DNA from: an uncultured Balneolaceae bacterium
Lineage (GTDB): Bacteria; Bacteroidota; Rhodothermia; Balneolales; Balneolaceae
NCBI GenBank assembly: GCA_964528445.1
Contig: CAZGSL010000001.1
Location: forward strand, 82,530-114,529
Length of the DNA: 32,000 nt
Reading direction: 5' to 3'
Every line of letters starts with the position of its first letter. Within the stretch, counting starts at the first letter, position 1. Position numbers and translations under genes: made by a program. This document shows positions 9,426 through 17,869 of this stretch, one piece after another. The notes beneath the pieces are model-generated. The model was not told the DNA's origin and ran no database searches. It worked only from the letters and a program-made list of their open reading frames with translations.

Positions 9426-10232
9426 CTACAGCACCTTGAGGTGTTCGGCGGGAATCCATCCGTAGAGCCCGTTACTCATCCGAACGTAATACCATCCCCC
9501 GCGGTCGTGGCTGCGCCGGTGATCTACGGTAAAGGTATAGCCCTCGAAGGCCCGGCTCACGTTGGGGGCATCCTCGCCGGGCTCTTCCCTGACGTCGGCC
9601 TCCTGCGTGACCATGACGGCGCGGCTGTACCGCTGGTCCAGGTGCCGGGCATAGAAACTGACGGCGATGATCAGAACGCCGGCCGCAAGAAGCGAGAATC
9701 CCCCGTGTTTCAACACCGTCTGCCATCGCGAGCGAAACCACCGGATGACGATCAGGATCACGCCCAGGTTCAGCAGCAGGAGTCCCCCGCCCAGGAGCGT
9801 TCGGGCTCCGATATACTCCTGTATCCACTCAATGGCCCGTTGCCAGGGAAGTTTGGGAAGAACGGCTGACTGGCGGCTGAAACGGTTCTCCACAAATTCC
9901 AGTCCCTCCCGGGCCCGCTCCCTGGTTTCCCCGTACCCGCGGGCCTTCATAAAATAGTATTTGGCTTTTCCCAGCGAATCCACCCGGGTGTAGGCAATCC
10001 CCATGTTCAGGAACAGGGCCCCGGAGAGGTGATGATCGGACTCCAGCTCCCGGTACTCCTCCAGCGCGGCGTAATACTCTCCCTCCGTGAGGTATTGATT
10101 GGCGTTATCGAACCGGGCCTGCGGAGTGTTTTGCGCCTGCGCCGCCGTGGAGAGAAGAAGGGCCAGGGCTGCGACAAAAAAAAGCCGCCCCGCATACTGG
10201 TCCGATGTGATATGGGCGAGGATTCGAAGCAC
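9426..10232 (-). CDS. batE: BatE-like protein (TPR plus SH3-like domain)
   Basis: Signal peptide, TPR-like segment FDNANQYLTEGEYYAALEEYRELESD...NMGIAYTRVDSLGKAKYYFMKA, two TM segments, C-terminal SH3-like VTQEADVREEPGEDAPNVSRAFEGYTFTV...GWYYVRMSNGLYGWIPAEHLKVL; downstream of batD. GTG start. Confidence 0.8.
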   Translation of the reverse strand: MLRILAHITSDQYAGRLFFVAALALLLSTAAQAQNTPQARFDNANQYLTEGEYYAALEEYRELESDHHLSGALFLNMGIAYTRVDSLGKAKYYFMKARGYGETRERAREGLEFVENRFSRQSAVLPKLPWQRAIEWIQEYIGARTLLGGGLLLLNLGVILIVIRWFRSRWQTVLKHGGFSLLAAGVLIIAVSFYARHLDQRYSRAVMVTQEADVREEPGEDAPNVSRAFEGYTFTVDHRRSHDRGGWYYVRMSNGLYGWIPAEHLKVL

Positions 10233-12011
10233 CTAGAGCTCTTTCATCAGTTTTTCCAGGGTGCTCTGTGCCAGATCTACATGCGACTTCAGGTACTCGT
10301 GCGTGGTATCGGGGGCGTAGCTGATTGTCGCGCATTTGTCAAGCAGCAGCCGGATGTTCTTGACCAGTTCGGGATTGACGCCCTCCTCCTCAAGCGCGGA
10401 AACATACTGCTGAATGGAGAGGCCGGCTTCGGGCAGTCCCAGTCGGTCGCCGATGAATCCGGTCAGCGCTTTCTGCAGGCGGTGATATGCCTCCTTGACC
10501 GCCCCCTCCCTCGACAGTTGAATGGCCTCCCGGAGCTGCTCGTCTGCTTTCTCGGGAGCCCTTACCGAACGGGCGAAGCTGCGGTTGCTGTTCATCTTCT
10601 CGTGATAGGTTTTCTGCCAGTACCCTACGGCGAGCAGCAGCAGGGGGAACGTGATGCCGGTCCAGAACCACCAACGGTCCAGCAGGCCGCCCGATCTCGG
10701 GCCGGTCCAGCTGGTCAGCCCGGTCACCGGCTGCACGGCGAGAGATCGGTAATCGGCGGAGGGTGTGACGGCATCGGGACTCCGAACGGCGTTAACGGTA
10801 AGGGCAGGCAGGGTCTGCTGCCGGTAATCCTCGATTTCGGGATCGTACCACGAGAGGGTTGTTTCGGGGATGGTGTGACTGCCCGGGGTACGGGCCACTA
10901 CGACGTCCGTAAATATTTTCCTGCCGCTTATCCTGCGGTTTTCCCGGTTGATCATGGTATTTTCCCGGGGCGTATAGGTTTCCAGTCCGTCGGGAAACGG
11001 GTACTCTGGGCCCGAGAGCAGCGGAAGATTGCCGGTTCCGCTGATCACGGTTTCAATTTCGATGGATTCCCCCACCGTAACTTCCCGCCTGGAGATGTTC
11101 CGGCTGATGTTGAAATCGCCTACACCCACGGTCGCATGGTCCCCCTCGCGGTCAGGAAGCGGCCGAACGTTCAGGGTCAGGGGATCGCTTTCAAGTTCGA
11201 CCTGCCGCTGGTTGGATCCGAATCCCCCGAAAAAACTGCTGAAGGGATCGTCTCTCGAAGAGGTGGAGCGTACCGTCGTCACCACCTCGTAGGGACTGAT
11301 GGTCAGCTCTCCCGACTTGGTGGGGAAAAGGGAAAACTGCAGGAGGCTGACCCGGTTGTAGCGAACGCCGTTCAGGACGGTGGTCTCGGCCCGCCGCCTG
11401 CTTTGGGTGTTGTCCAGCTCCTCTTTCCAGAATCCCTCGGCTTTCCACCCGGGCACCGGCTGGAAAGAGTTCACCTCCAGTTCGTCCCTGAAGTAGAGCA
11501 CGACGTCGGCGATCAGTTGCTGGCCGGAGACCGGGCGCTCGTCGCTGACCTCCATCTCCAGGTAGATCTCAGGCCGTGAATCGGCGGAGGGATTATCGGC
11601 TGATTCGTTCCGGTCAATGACGGTAACGCGGATAGCGTTTGTTTCGTGGCGGTTCCCGTCGATGGTGACGGGAACGGAGGGAATTTCATAGGTGCCGCTG
11701 TTTTCGGCGGTCAGGTAGTAGGTGTAGGCGTAACTCGTGCTGCTGCGGCCGTTGATGAAATTAAAGCTGCGGGAGGTGGAGGGCGTGTTGCTGAGCAGGC
11801 GGAAACCTGGAATATCCGGAATATCGGGACGGGATACATCGGTGAAATTCCCGCTGATCTCGATGGTAAACTCCACACGTTCTCCGGTATAGATCGTGTT
11901 TTGGGAGATCGTGGCTTCCACATTGGGAGAGGTCTGGCCCCTGGCGATCCCGGCGGTAAGCGCAATCAGCAGTACGCAAAAGAGGCCCGCGTGCTTACCA
12001 GTCCTTTTCAT
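10233..12011 (-). CDS. batD: BatD family protein
   Basis: Signal peptide, VEATISQNTIYTGERVEFTIEISGNFTDVSRPDIPDIPGFRLLSNTPSTSRSFNFINGRSSTSYAYTYYLTAENSGTYEIPSVPVTIDG, typical BatD oxygen-tolerance domain; single C-terminal TM. Confidence 0.88.
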   Translation of the reverse strand: MKRTGKHAGLFCVLLIALTAGIARGQTSPNVEATISQNTIYTGERVEFTIEISGNFTDVSRPDIPDIPGFRLLSNTPSTSRSFNFINGRSSTSYAYTYYLTAENSGTYEIPSVPVTIDGNRHETNAIRVTVIDRNESADNPSADSRPEIYLEMEVSDERPVSGQQLIADVVLYFRDELEVNSFQPVPGWKAEGFWKEELDNTQSRRRAETTVLNGVRYNRVSLLQFSLFPTKSGELTISPYEVVTTVRSTSSRDDPFSSFFGGFGSNQRQVELESDPLTLNVRPLPDREGDHATVGVGDFNISRNISRREVTVGESIEIETVISGTGNLPLLSGPEYPFPDGLETYTPRENTMINRENRRISGRKIFTDVVVARTPGSHTIPETTLSWYDPEIEDYRQQTLPALTVNAVRSPDAVTPSADYRSLAVQPVTGLTSWTGPRSGGLLDRWWFWTGITFPLLLLAVGYWQKTYHEKMNSNRSFARSVRAPEKADEQLREAIQLSREGAVKEAYHRLQKALTGFIGDRLGLPEAGLSIQQYVSALEEEGVNPELVKNIRLLLDKCATISYAPDTTHEYLKSHVDLAQSTLEKLMKEL

Positions 12012-12702
12012 TGGAGTTTGTGCTCGATTCCGTTTTTTGTTTCTTGAATTCCTTCAGCAGGTCTCTCTCTTTCTGTTCAAGCGCCTGAAGGATCTTTTCG
12101 GCCTCGGCTTTGCTTATCTGGCTGTTTTGCTGGCGTTGTTGCTGGTTTTGCTGTTGTTGCTCCTGCTGTTCCGGGTTCTGCTCCTGATTTTGCTGATTCT
12201 GCTGCTGTTGCTGCTGGTCCTGTTGATTCTGCTGGTTTTGCTGGTTCTGACTCTGCTGCTGATTCTGTTGCTGCTGTTGCTGCTCCTGCTCCTGCTGCTT
12301 TTGCATCGCCAGTTCGTAGTTGTGCTTGGCGTCGGCATCGCCGTTCCGGTAGCGGAGCGCGTTCCGGTAGTAGTCCAGGGCCCGGTCCCATTGCTGGCCG
12401 TCCGTATAGATGTTGCCGATATTGTAGTTGGCCCTGGCTTCGTCACGCGGATCATCCGTCATCGATTTGTACTGTTCGAATGTCCGGACGGCCTCTTCGC
12501 TCTTGCCGGTTTTGGCCAGCGCGTTCCCCAGGTTGAAATAGAGTCTGGCATTGTCGGGCTCGCTGTCAATAGCCTGCCGGTAGAGTTCAACCGCTTTTTC
12601 ATACTCCCCGTTTCTGTAGGCTTCGTTGGCCTTGCGGGCGTCATCCGGGGAGGCCCCCGCCAGGAGAATGGCAAGTGACAGTATGAGGATTCTTCTTATC
12701 AT
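11995..12702 (-). CDS. batC: BatC-like tetratricopeptide protein with polyglutamine/asparagine linker
   Basis: Three TPR motifs (AYRNGEYEKAVELYRQAIDSEPDNARLYFNLGNALAKTGKSEEAVRTFEQYK...ANYNIGNIYTDGQQWDRALDYYRNALR); overlaps batD by 17 nt. Confidence 0.83.
   Translation of the reverse strand: MIRRILILSLAILLAGASPDDARKANEAYRNGEYEKAVELYRQAIDSEPDNARLYFNLGNALAKTGKSEEAVRTFEQYKSMTDDPRDEARANYNIGNIYTDGQQWDRALDYYRNALRYRNGDADAKHNYELAMQKQQEQEQQQQQQNQQQSQNQQNQQNQQDQQQQQQNQQNQEQNPEQQEQQQQNQQQRQQNSQISKAEAEKILQALEQKERDLLKEFKKQKTESSTNSNEKDW
12118..12303 (-). repeat. Low-complexity CAG/CAA/AAC tract encoding a ~62-aa Q/N-rich region of BatC
   Basis: Encodes QKQQEQEQQQQQQNQQQSQNQQNQQNQQDQQQQQQNQQNQEQNPEQQEQQQQNQQQRQQNSQ. 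Confidence 0.9.
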
Positions 12703-12757
12703 AGCGTGTTTTTTCCTGAAAATCGTTAACGAACGAATCGCCGCCAGATTGTGAAAG

Positions 12758-13519
12758 CTAGTCCATGCTTTCTGCCAGCGCGAGGGTCTCCTCGTCCATT
12801 TTCATGTTGGTGAAGACATTGGATACGTCGTCGTTCTCCTCAAATTGTTCCATCAGTCTGAAATTGGAGCGGGCCGTCTTCTCATCCACTTTGACTTCCG
12901 TGATGGGAATACGGATCAGTTCGGAAGATTCCACCTCGTAATCGAACGCCTCGAGGGCCTCCTTCACCTCAAACATCTTTTCCCGTCCGGTGGTGACGGC
13001 AAAATACTCCTCCTCCGCGTCAATCTCCTCCGCGCCGGCGTCGATGGCGTTCAGCATGAACTCCTCTTCGTCATGGTCGTTTCTGACCACCCGGACCATC
13101 CCTTTCTGATTGAAGAGGTATCCCACCGATCCGTCGGTGCCCAGGTTACCGCCGTGCTTGGAGAAGAGATAACGAATGTCGGCCACCGTGCGGTTGTAAT
13201 TGTTGGTGGTCACCTCTATGAAATAGGCAATGCCTCCCGGGCCGTATCCTTCGTAGGTGGCGTCTTCGTAGCGCCCCTCTCCCTCATCCAGTTCGCCTGT
13301 CCCTTTCTTAATGGCTCGCTCGATGTTGTCTTTGGGGACATTGTCGCTCTTGGCGTTGTCAATGGCCATGCTGAGGCGGGGATTCGTATCGGGATCGCCG
13401 CCTCCTTCCCGGGCGGCCACGGAGATCTCCCTCAGGTGCTTGTTGAAGATCTTGTTCCGTTTTTTGTCTTCACGGGCCTTCTTGTGCTTGATGTTGGCCC
13501 ATTTGGAATGACCTGCCAT
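12758..13519 (-). CDS. yebC: YebC/PmpR family transcriptional regulator / translation factor
   Basis: MAGHSKWANIKHKKAREDKKRNKIFNKHLREISVAAREGGGDPDTNPRLSMAIDNAKSDNVPKDNIERAIKKGTG; full-length family match. Confidence 0.97.
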   Translation of the reverse strand: MAGHSKWANIKHKKAREDKKRNKIFNKHLREISVAAREGGGDPDTNPRLSMAIDNAKSDNVPKDNIERAIKKGTGELDEGEGRYEDATYEGYGPGGIAYFIEVTTNNYNRTVADIRYLFSKHGGNLGTDGSVGYLFNQKGMVRVVRNDHDEEEFMLNAIDAGAEEIDAEEEYFAVTTGREKMFEVKEALEAFDYEVESSELIRIPITEVKVDEKTARSNFRLMEQFEENDDVSNVFTNMKMDEETLALAESMD

Positions 13520-13743
13520 AAGAGGTAACAGTAATCGTTATTTGGGATGATTTCCGGTTCGGTGAAACTCGCCTTGCCCAAGGTGCCCAATATAAGAGTT
13601 AGGCGGCATTGCACCTAATACGGGACCGCCGCCGAACCCCGGAATGCAACCGGTCCTCTTCTTTGTTAGCCCCTATGTGTCATACTATGGGAGCGGCTCC
13701 GCCGTTTCAGGCAGTGAGGTCAATCGATCACGAATTTTCCAGG

Positions 13744-14889
13744 ATGAAGATAGGAATTGTTTGTTATCCCACTTTCGGAGGAAGCGGGGTGGTGGCTACG
13801 GAACTGGCCAAGGAGCTGGCGCAGCGCGACCACCAGATTCATATCCTGAGTTACGAGCGGCCGGCCCGCCTGGGCGCCCTTCAGACCAACATCTCTTTTC
13901 ACGAGGTAAACCTGGTTACCTATCCCCTGTTTGAATATCCGCCGTACGACCTGGCCCTGGCTAACCAGATGGTGAACCTGATTGATCACGAGGGCATCGA
14001 TCTCCTGCATGTCCACTACGCCATTCCCCACGCCACCAGCGCGTACCTCGCCAAACAGATCCTGGGAGAGAAAGCCGCACATGTGCCTATTATCACCACG
14101 TTGCACGGGACGGACATCACGCTGGTGGGCAGCGATCCCAGTTACAAAAACGTGGTCGATTTCTCCATCAACCAGAGTGACGGCGTGACCGCCGTCTCAA
14201 ATTACCTGAGGGAGGAGACCCTGGACCGTTTTGACATTCGCCGCGAGATAGAGGTCATTCCCAACTTTATCGACCTGCAACGCTTTCGCAAATCTGACAA
14301 GGAGCATTTCAAACGCAGCATCGGCCAGGCCGGGGAGAAAGTGATCGTGCATGTTTCCAACTTTCGCGAGGTCAAGCGTGTGCCGGACGTGGTAGAGGTT
14401 TTCCACCGGATGCTGGAGGGCGGTCTGAAAGCGAAGCTGCTGCTGGTCGGAGACGGGCCCGACCGGCAGAGCGCCGAAAAAAAATGCCGGGAGCTGGGCG
14501 TCTGCGACCAGGTGCGGTTTCTCGGCAAGCAGGATCAGGTAGAGGAGATTTTATCGGTGGCCGACCTGTTCCTCATCCCCTCGGGTTCGGAAACCTTCGG
14601 CTTGGCGGCCCTGGAGGCGATGAGCTGCAGCGTCCCGGTGATCAGCTCCGATATCGGGGGACTCCCGGAGCTGAATATTCACGGAGAGACCGGGTACCTG
14701 TGCGAACTGGGGGACGTACAGGATATGGCCGAGCACGGTCTGAGGATCCTGGGGAACGAGGAGCTGCACGAGGAGATGTCCCGCAAGGCCCGAAAGCGGG
14801 CCGAAGAGTTTGAAATGAGTACGGTCGTCACCCGCTACGAAGAGTACTACCAGAGCGTACGCGAGCGGATGACCCCAGCGCTGGGTTGA
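13744..14889 (+). CDS. bshA: N-acetyl-alpha-D-glucosaminyl L-malate synthase (bacillithiol biosynthesis)
   Basis: MKIGIVCYPTFGGSGVVATELAKELAQRDHQIHILSYERP...LLHVHYAIPHATSAYLAKQI...HGTDITLVG...SGSETFGLAALEAMSCSVPVISS. ORF track start at 13609 is likely too long. Confidence 0.94.
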   Translation: MKIGIVCYPTFGGSGVVATELAKELAQRDHQIHILSYERPARLGALQTNISFHEVNLVTYPLFEYPPYDLALANQMVNLIDHEGIDLLHVHYAIPHATSAYLAKQILGEKAAHVPIITTLHGTDITLVGSDPSYKNVVDFSINQSDGVTAVSNYLREETLDRFDIRREIEVIPNFIDLQRFRKSDKEHFKRSIGQAGEKVIVHVSNFREVKRVPDVVEVFHRMLEGGLKAKLLLVGDGPDRQSAEKKCRELGVCDQVRFLGKQDQVEEILSVADLFLIPSGSETFGLAALEAMSCSVPVISSDIGGLPELNIHGETGYLCELGDVQDMAEHGLRILGNEELHEEMSRKARKRAEEFEMSTVVTRYEEYYQSVRERMTPALG

Positions 14890-14890
14890 A

Positions 14891-16099
14891 CTACGCGGCC
14901 AGTACCCGCGATACCTCTTCCGCGGCGTCTTTCAGCAGCACGGCCGAGATCACGTTCAGGTCCGACCGGTCAATTATCTCCTTCGCCTCCTCGGCGTTGG
15001 TGCCCTGAAGGCGGACGATGATGGGTACGTTTTCCACCTTCTGGGCGATCTCGGGATCCTTGACCGCCTCAATCACCCCGTTGGCGACCCGGTCGCAGCG
15101 TACGATGCCACCGAATATATTTATAAGGATGGCGCGGACGCTTTCGTCTTCCAGGATGATTCGGAAGCCGTTTTTCACCGTCTCCACGTTGGCGCTGCCG
15201 CCCACATCGAGGAAATTGGCCGGCTCGCCTCCGGACAGCTTGATGATATCCATGGTGGCCATGGCCAGTCCGGCGCCGTTCACCATGCATCCCACGTTTC
15301 CGTCCAGTTTGATGTAGTTCAGTCCGAATTCGGAGGCCTCCAGCTCAATAGGGTTCTCCTCGGATTCGTCCCGAAGTTCCTCGATCTCCCCTTGCCGGAA
15401 GAGGGCGTTGTCGTCGAAGGTCATCTTGGCGTCCAGTGCCAGCACGTCGTCGCCAGGTGTAAGTACCAGAGGATTGATCTCCACCAGGCTGGCGTCGGTC
15501 TCCTCGTAGCAGCGATAGAGCGCTATGATTAATTTCACGGCCTTCTTGAAGGCGCCGCCTTCCAGGCCAAGTGCGAAAGCCAGACGGCGCGCCTGGTTGT
15601 GCTGCAGGGCCATGCCGGGCTCCACCCACTCCTTGACGATTTTGTCGGGAGATTCCTCGGCCACCTTCTCGATTTCCATTCCTCCCTCGGTGGAGGCCAT
15701 GATCACATTCTTGCTTTTGGAGCGGTCCAGCAGAATGCCCAGGTAAAACTCCTGTGTGATGTCTACCCCGTCGGTAACGTAGATTCGCTGCACTTTCTGG
15801 CCTTCCTCGCCTGTCTGGGCGGTTACCAGCACGTCATCCAGCAGGGAATCGGCTGCCTCGCGCACCTCGTCAACAGTATCGCATAGAATCACACCCTTTG
15901 CGCCGCTCTCCTTCGTTCGGCCCTTCCCGCGTCCCCCGGCGTGGATCTGGGCCTTGACTACGAACAGAGTGGCGCCGTCGGCTTTCATCTCTTCGGCCGC
16001 CGTTACGGCGTCCTCCACGGTTGTGGCGGCGACACCTGCGGGTACGGCTACATCATGTGCTTTCAGGATCTCCTTGGCCTGGTATTCGTGTATCTTCAT
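14891..16099 (-). CDS. sucC: ADP-forming succinate--CoA ligase subunit beta
   Basis: MKIHEYQAKEILKAHDVAVPAG...VKAQIHAGGRGKGRTKESGAKGV...GLAMATMDIIKLSGGEPANFLDVGGSAN...NIFGGIVRCDRVANG. Confidence 0.97.
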   Translation of the reverse strand: MKIHEYQAKEILKAHDVAVPAGVAATTVEDAVTAAEEMKADGATLFVVKAQIHAGGRGKGRTKESGAKGVILCDTVDEVREAADSLLDDVLVTAQTGEEGQKVQRIYVTDGVDITQEFYLGILLDRSKSKNVIMASTEGGMEIEKVAEESPDKIVKEWVEPGMALQHNQARRLAFALGLEGGAFKKAVKLIIALYRCYEETDASLVEINPLVLTPGDDVLALDAKMTFDDNALFRQGEIEELRDESEENPIELEASEFGLNYIKLDGNVGCMVNGAGLAMATMDIIKLSGGEPANFLDVGGSANVETVKNGFRIILEDESVRAILINIFGGIVRCDRVANGVIEAVKDPEIAQKVENVPIIVRLQGTNAEEAKEIIDRSDLNVISAVLLKDAAEEVSRVLAA

Positions 16100-16189
16100 G
16101 TTACAAAAGGGTGAATCGGTTAATTGCCTGCAGATGAATTCCGCCGGAAGTATACCAAGTATAGGCGGTAAAAAAAAGAAGAGCGGCGT

Positions 16190-17122
16190 TCAATGCCCGC
16201 GCATGCGCACCTCGAACGTGATGCCTTCGGTCGCGGAGTTGTTGGCCAGCAGGACGCTGTATCCCATCTCCCGGGCGTAGGCTACGCACTTGGGCAGTCC
16301 GAGTCCCACTCCCCGGGCCTTGTTGGAGAAGAAGGGGTAAAACATTTTGGGGATGTAATTCTCCGGTATGGGCGCGCCGTAATTGGTCACGCGGATGGTC
16401 TCCTCGTCAAACGTTACGGATACGGGTCCCCTGGGGTCCCCCGAGTGTTCCAGGGCGTTTTCCAGGAGCTCCTCCAGGATACCCCGCAGCAGCACATAAT
16501 CGCTCTCCAGGGTCCGGAGGCCGTTGGCGATGATTACGTTCACGCGTTCCCGCTGTTCGGAGGCAAGCTCCCTGAGGATGCTGTCCATAAAATCCCTGAT
16601 GTTGAAATCGGAGATCTGGACGGTCAAATCCTTGGCCAGCGTATTGAGGTCCGCCAGGATCTTCCTGAAGTCATCCAGCCCGCTCTCCATTTCGCTCAGG
16701 TATTCGCGCTGCTTGTCGTCCAGCGGCTGCTCAGACAGAAGCTCGGCGTAACCGCTGATCCCGTTGAGGGGAGAGTGAAAGCGGTGGACCAGCAGCCGGG
16801 CCATCTCCCGCTGAAGCTCGAAGAAATCGAAATTCTGATCGATCCCCACGGGGGAGAACGTGGTCTTGATATAGGTGTGGTCGTTGAGGTTCAGCTTCTC
16901 CTCGTGAATCCGGTAGTACTGGTTTTCCCGCTCCCATATTACCGAGCTTCTCACCACCCGGTGCGGGGTGAAGAGCTCATCCAGACTTCTGCCGGAATCG
17001 GGGTCGATTCCCAGCACGCGGCGGGCGGCCCGGTTGGCGTACAATATTTTTTTCTCTGAGGCATCGGTTATGAGAGCGGGATTCTCATAGCCGTTGATCA
17101 GGGATTGAATAAACTTATCCAT
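16190..17122 (-). CDS. PAS-domain sensor histidine kinase, atypical H-box; candidate flagellar regulator
   Basis: PAS-like N-terminus (ENPALITDASEKKILYANRAARRVLGIDPDSGRSLDELF), H-box-like LLVHRFHSPLNGISGYAELL, N-box LEELLENALEHSG, G2-like FFSNKARGVGLGLPKCVAYAREMG; divergent from flgB. Confidence 0.82.
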   Translation of the reverse strand: MDKFIQSLINGYENPALITDASEKKILYANRAARRVLGIDPDSGRSLDELFTPHRVVRSSVIWERENQYYRIHEEKLNLNDHTYIKTTFSPVGIDQNFDFFELQREMARLLVHRFHSPLNGISGYAELLSEQPLDDKQREYLSEMESGLDDFRKILADLNTLAKDLTVQISDFNIRDFMDSILRELASEQRERVNVIIANGLRTLESDYVLLRGILEELLENALEHSGDPRGPVSVTFDEETIRVTNYGAPIPENYIPKMFYPFFSNKARGVGLGLPKCVAYAREMGYSVLLANNSATEGITFEVRMRGH

Positions 17123-17365
17123 TGGTCCGGTCGGTCCCTAAATGGGAGAAATCCAGCCGCTGATGAAACGGCCGTTGCTGAAAACCTTACTAGATCGATT
17201 TTTCATGCTCTATATCTCACTGATTGTATGAAAAAATACAGATAGTTGCACCTCCTGCCCTCCCCCGGGCGCATAGCCCGGCGACCGGCACCGGGACAGG
17301 CTGTCTAAAACGGTTATCAGCAGGCGCTCAAGAGATCTTAAGAAGGAATTTGCCGGCAGATAGCT

Positions 17366-17385
17366 TTTCCGCCGGCCGGGAAAAT
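17366..17385. promoter_or_regulatory. Candidate upstream activating site (TTTTCC-N8-GGAAAA inverted repeat) for the sigma-54 promoter
   Basis: ttttccgccggccgggaaaa; centre about 90 bp upstream of the -12 element. Confidence 0.3.
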
Positions 17386-17455
17386 TTTGCCAGCGGCACG
17401 TTTCGTCCTCCCCGCCTACCCCCCTTTTACGCCCCGGAGACCCATCCCGTCAGCG

Positions 17456-17470
17456 TGGCACGGCAATTGC
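17456..17470 (+). promoter_or_regulatory. Sigma-54 (RpoN) -24/-12 promoter of the flagellar operon
   Basis: TGGCAC-GGCAA-TTGC; GG at 17457-17458 and GC at 17469-17470 with exactly 10 nt between; 33 nt upstream of the flgB start, which has a good SD (ggaggt). Confidence 0.88.
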
Positions 17471-17503
17471 CTTCCTCTTTACACGAACTAAGACGGAGGT
17501 GCT

Positions 17504-17851
17504 ATGAAACTGCTTGAAAATCAACATACCGCGCTTCTTGCCAAGGCGATGGATGCCTATACGCTGAGGCAGAAAATTACCGCTTCCAACGTAGCGAACC
17601 TGGATACGCCGGGATACAACAAACGCTCGGTCTCCTTTGAGGAGGAACTGCTGAAAGCGGCCGACAGCGATATGGGCCAGAGCACCATCGACTCGGTCCG
17701 CCCCGAAGTCGTGGAGTCCGACCAGGCGCCAGTCCTGGAGGAGGAGATGCTGGAGATGGCCGATACCCAGGTTCGGGTGAACATGGTAACGCGCGCGCTT
17801 CGCCAGAATTTTGAACTGATACGCTCCGGCATAACCGGCCGGACGGGATAA
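17504..17851 (+). CDS. flgB: Flagellar basal body rod protein FlgB
   Basis: MDAYTLRQKITASNVANLDTPGYNKRSVSFEEEL...RVNMVTRALRQNFELIRSGI. Confidence 0.94.
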   Translation: MKLLENQHTALLAKAMDAYTLRQKITASNVANLDTPGYNKRSVSFEEELLKAADSDMGQSTIDSVRPEVVESDQAPVLEEEMLEMADTQVRVNMVTRALRQNFELIRSGITGRTG

Positions 17852-17869
17852 CGGTACGGGGTATCCCTT

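Noticed and set aside
10029-11579. 516-aa plus-strand ORF
   Set aside because: Antisense to batE/batD; no coding-like features.
12107-12303. CRISPR-like or microsatellite array
   Set aside because: Trinucleotide-like repeats are in-frame CAG/CAA/AAC codons of batC, with no direct repeat-spacer structure.
11896-12678. 260-aa plus-strand ORF with striking poly-Leu stretch resembling a membrane protein
   Set aside because: The Leu run is just the reverse complement of the polyQ (CAG/CAA) tract in batC.
13609-13743. N-terminal extension of bshA in the ORF track
   Set aside because: Homology begins at MKIGIVCYPTFGG (13744); the extension is low-quality sequence in the divergent intergenic region.
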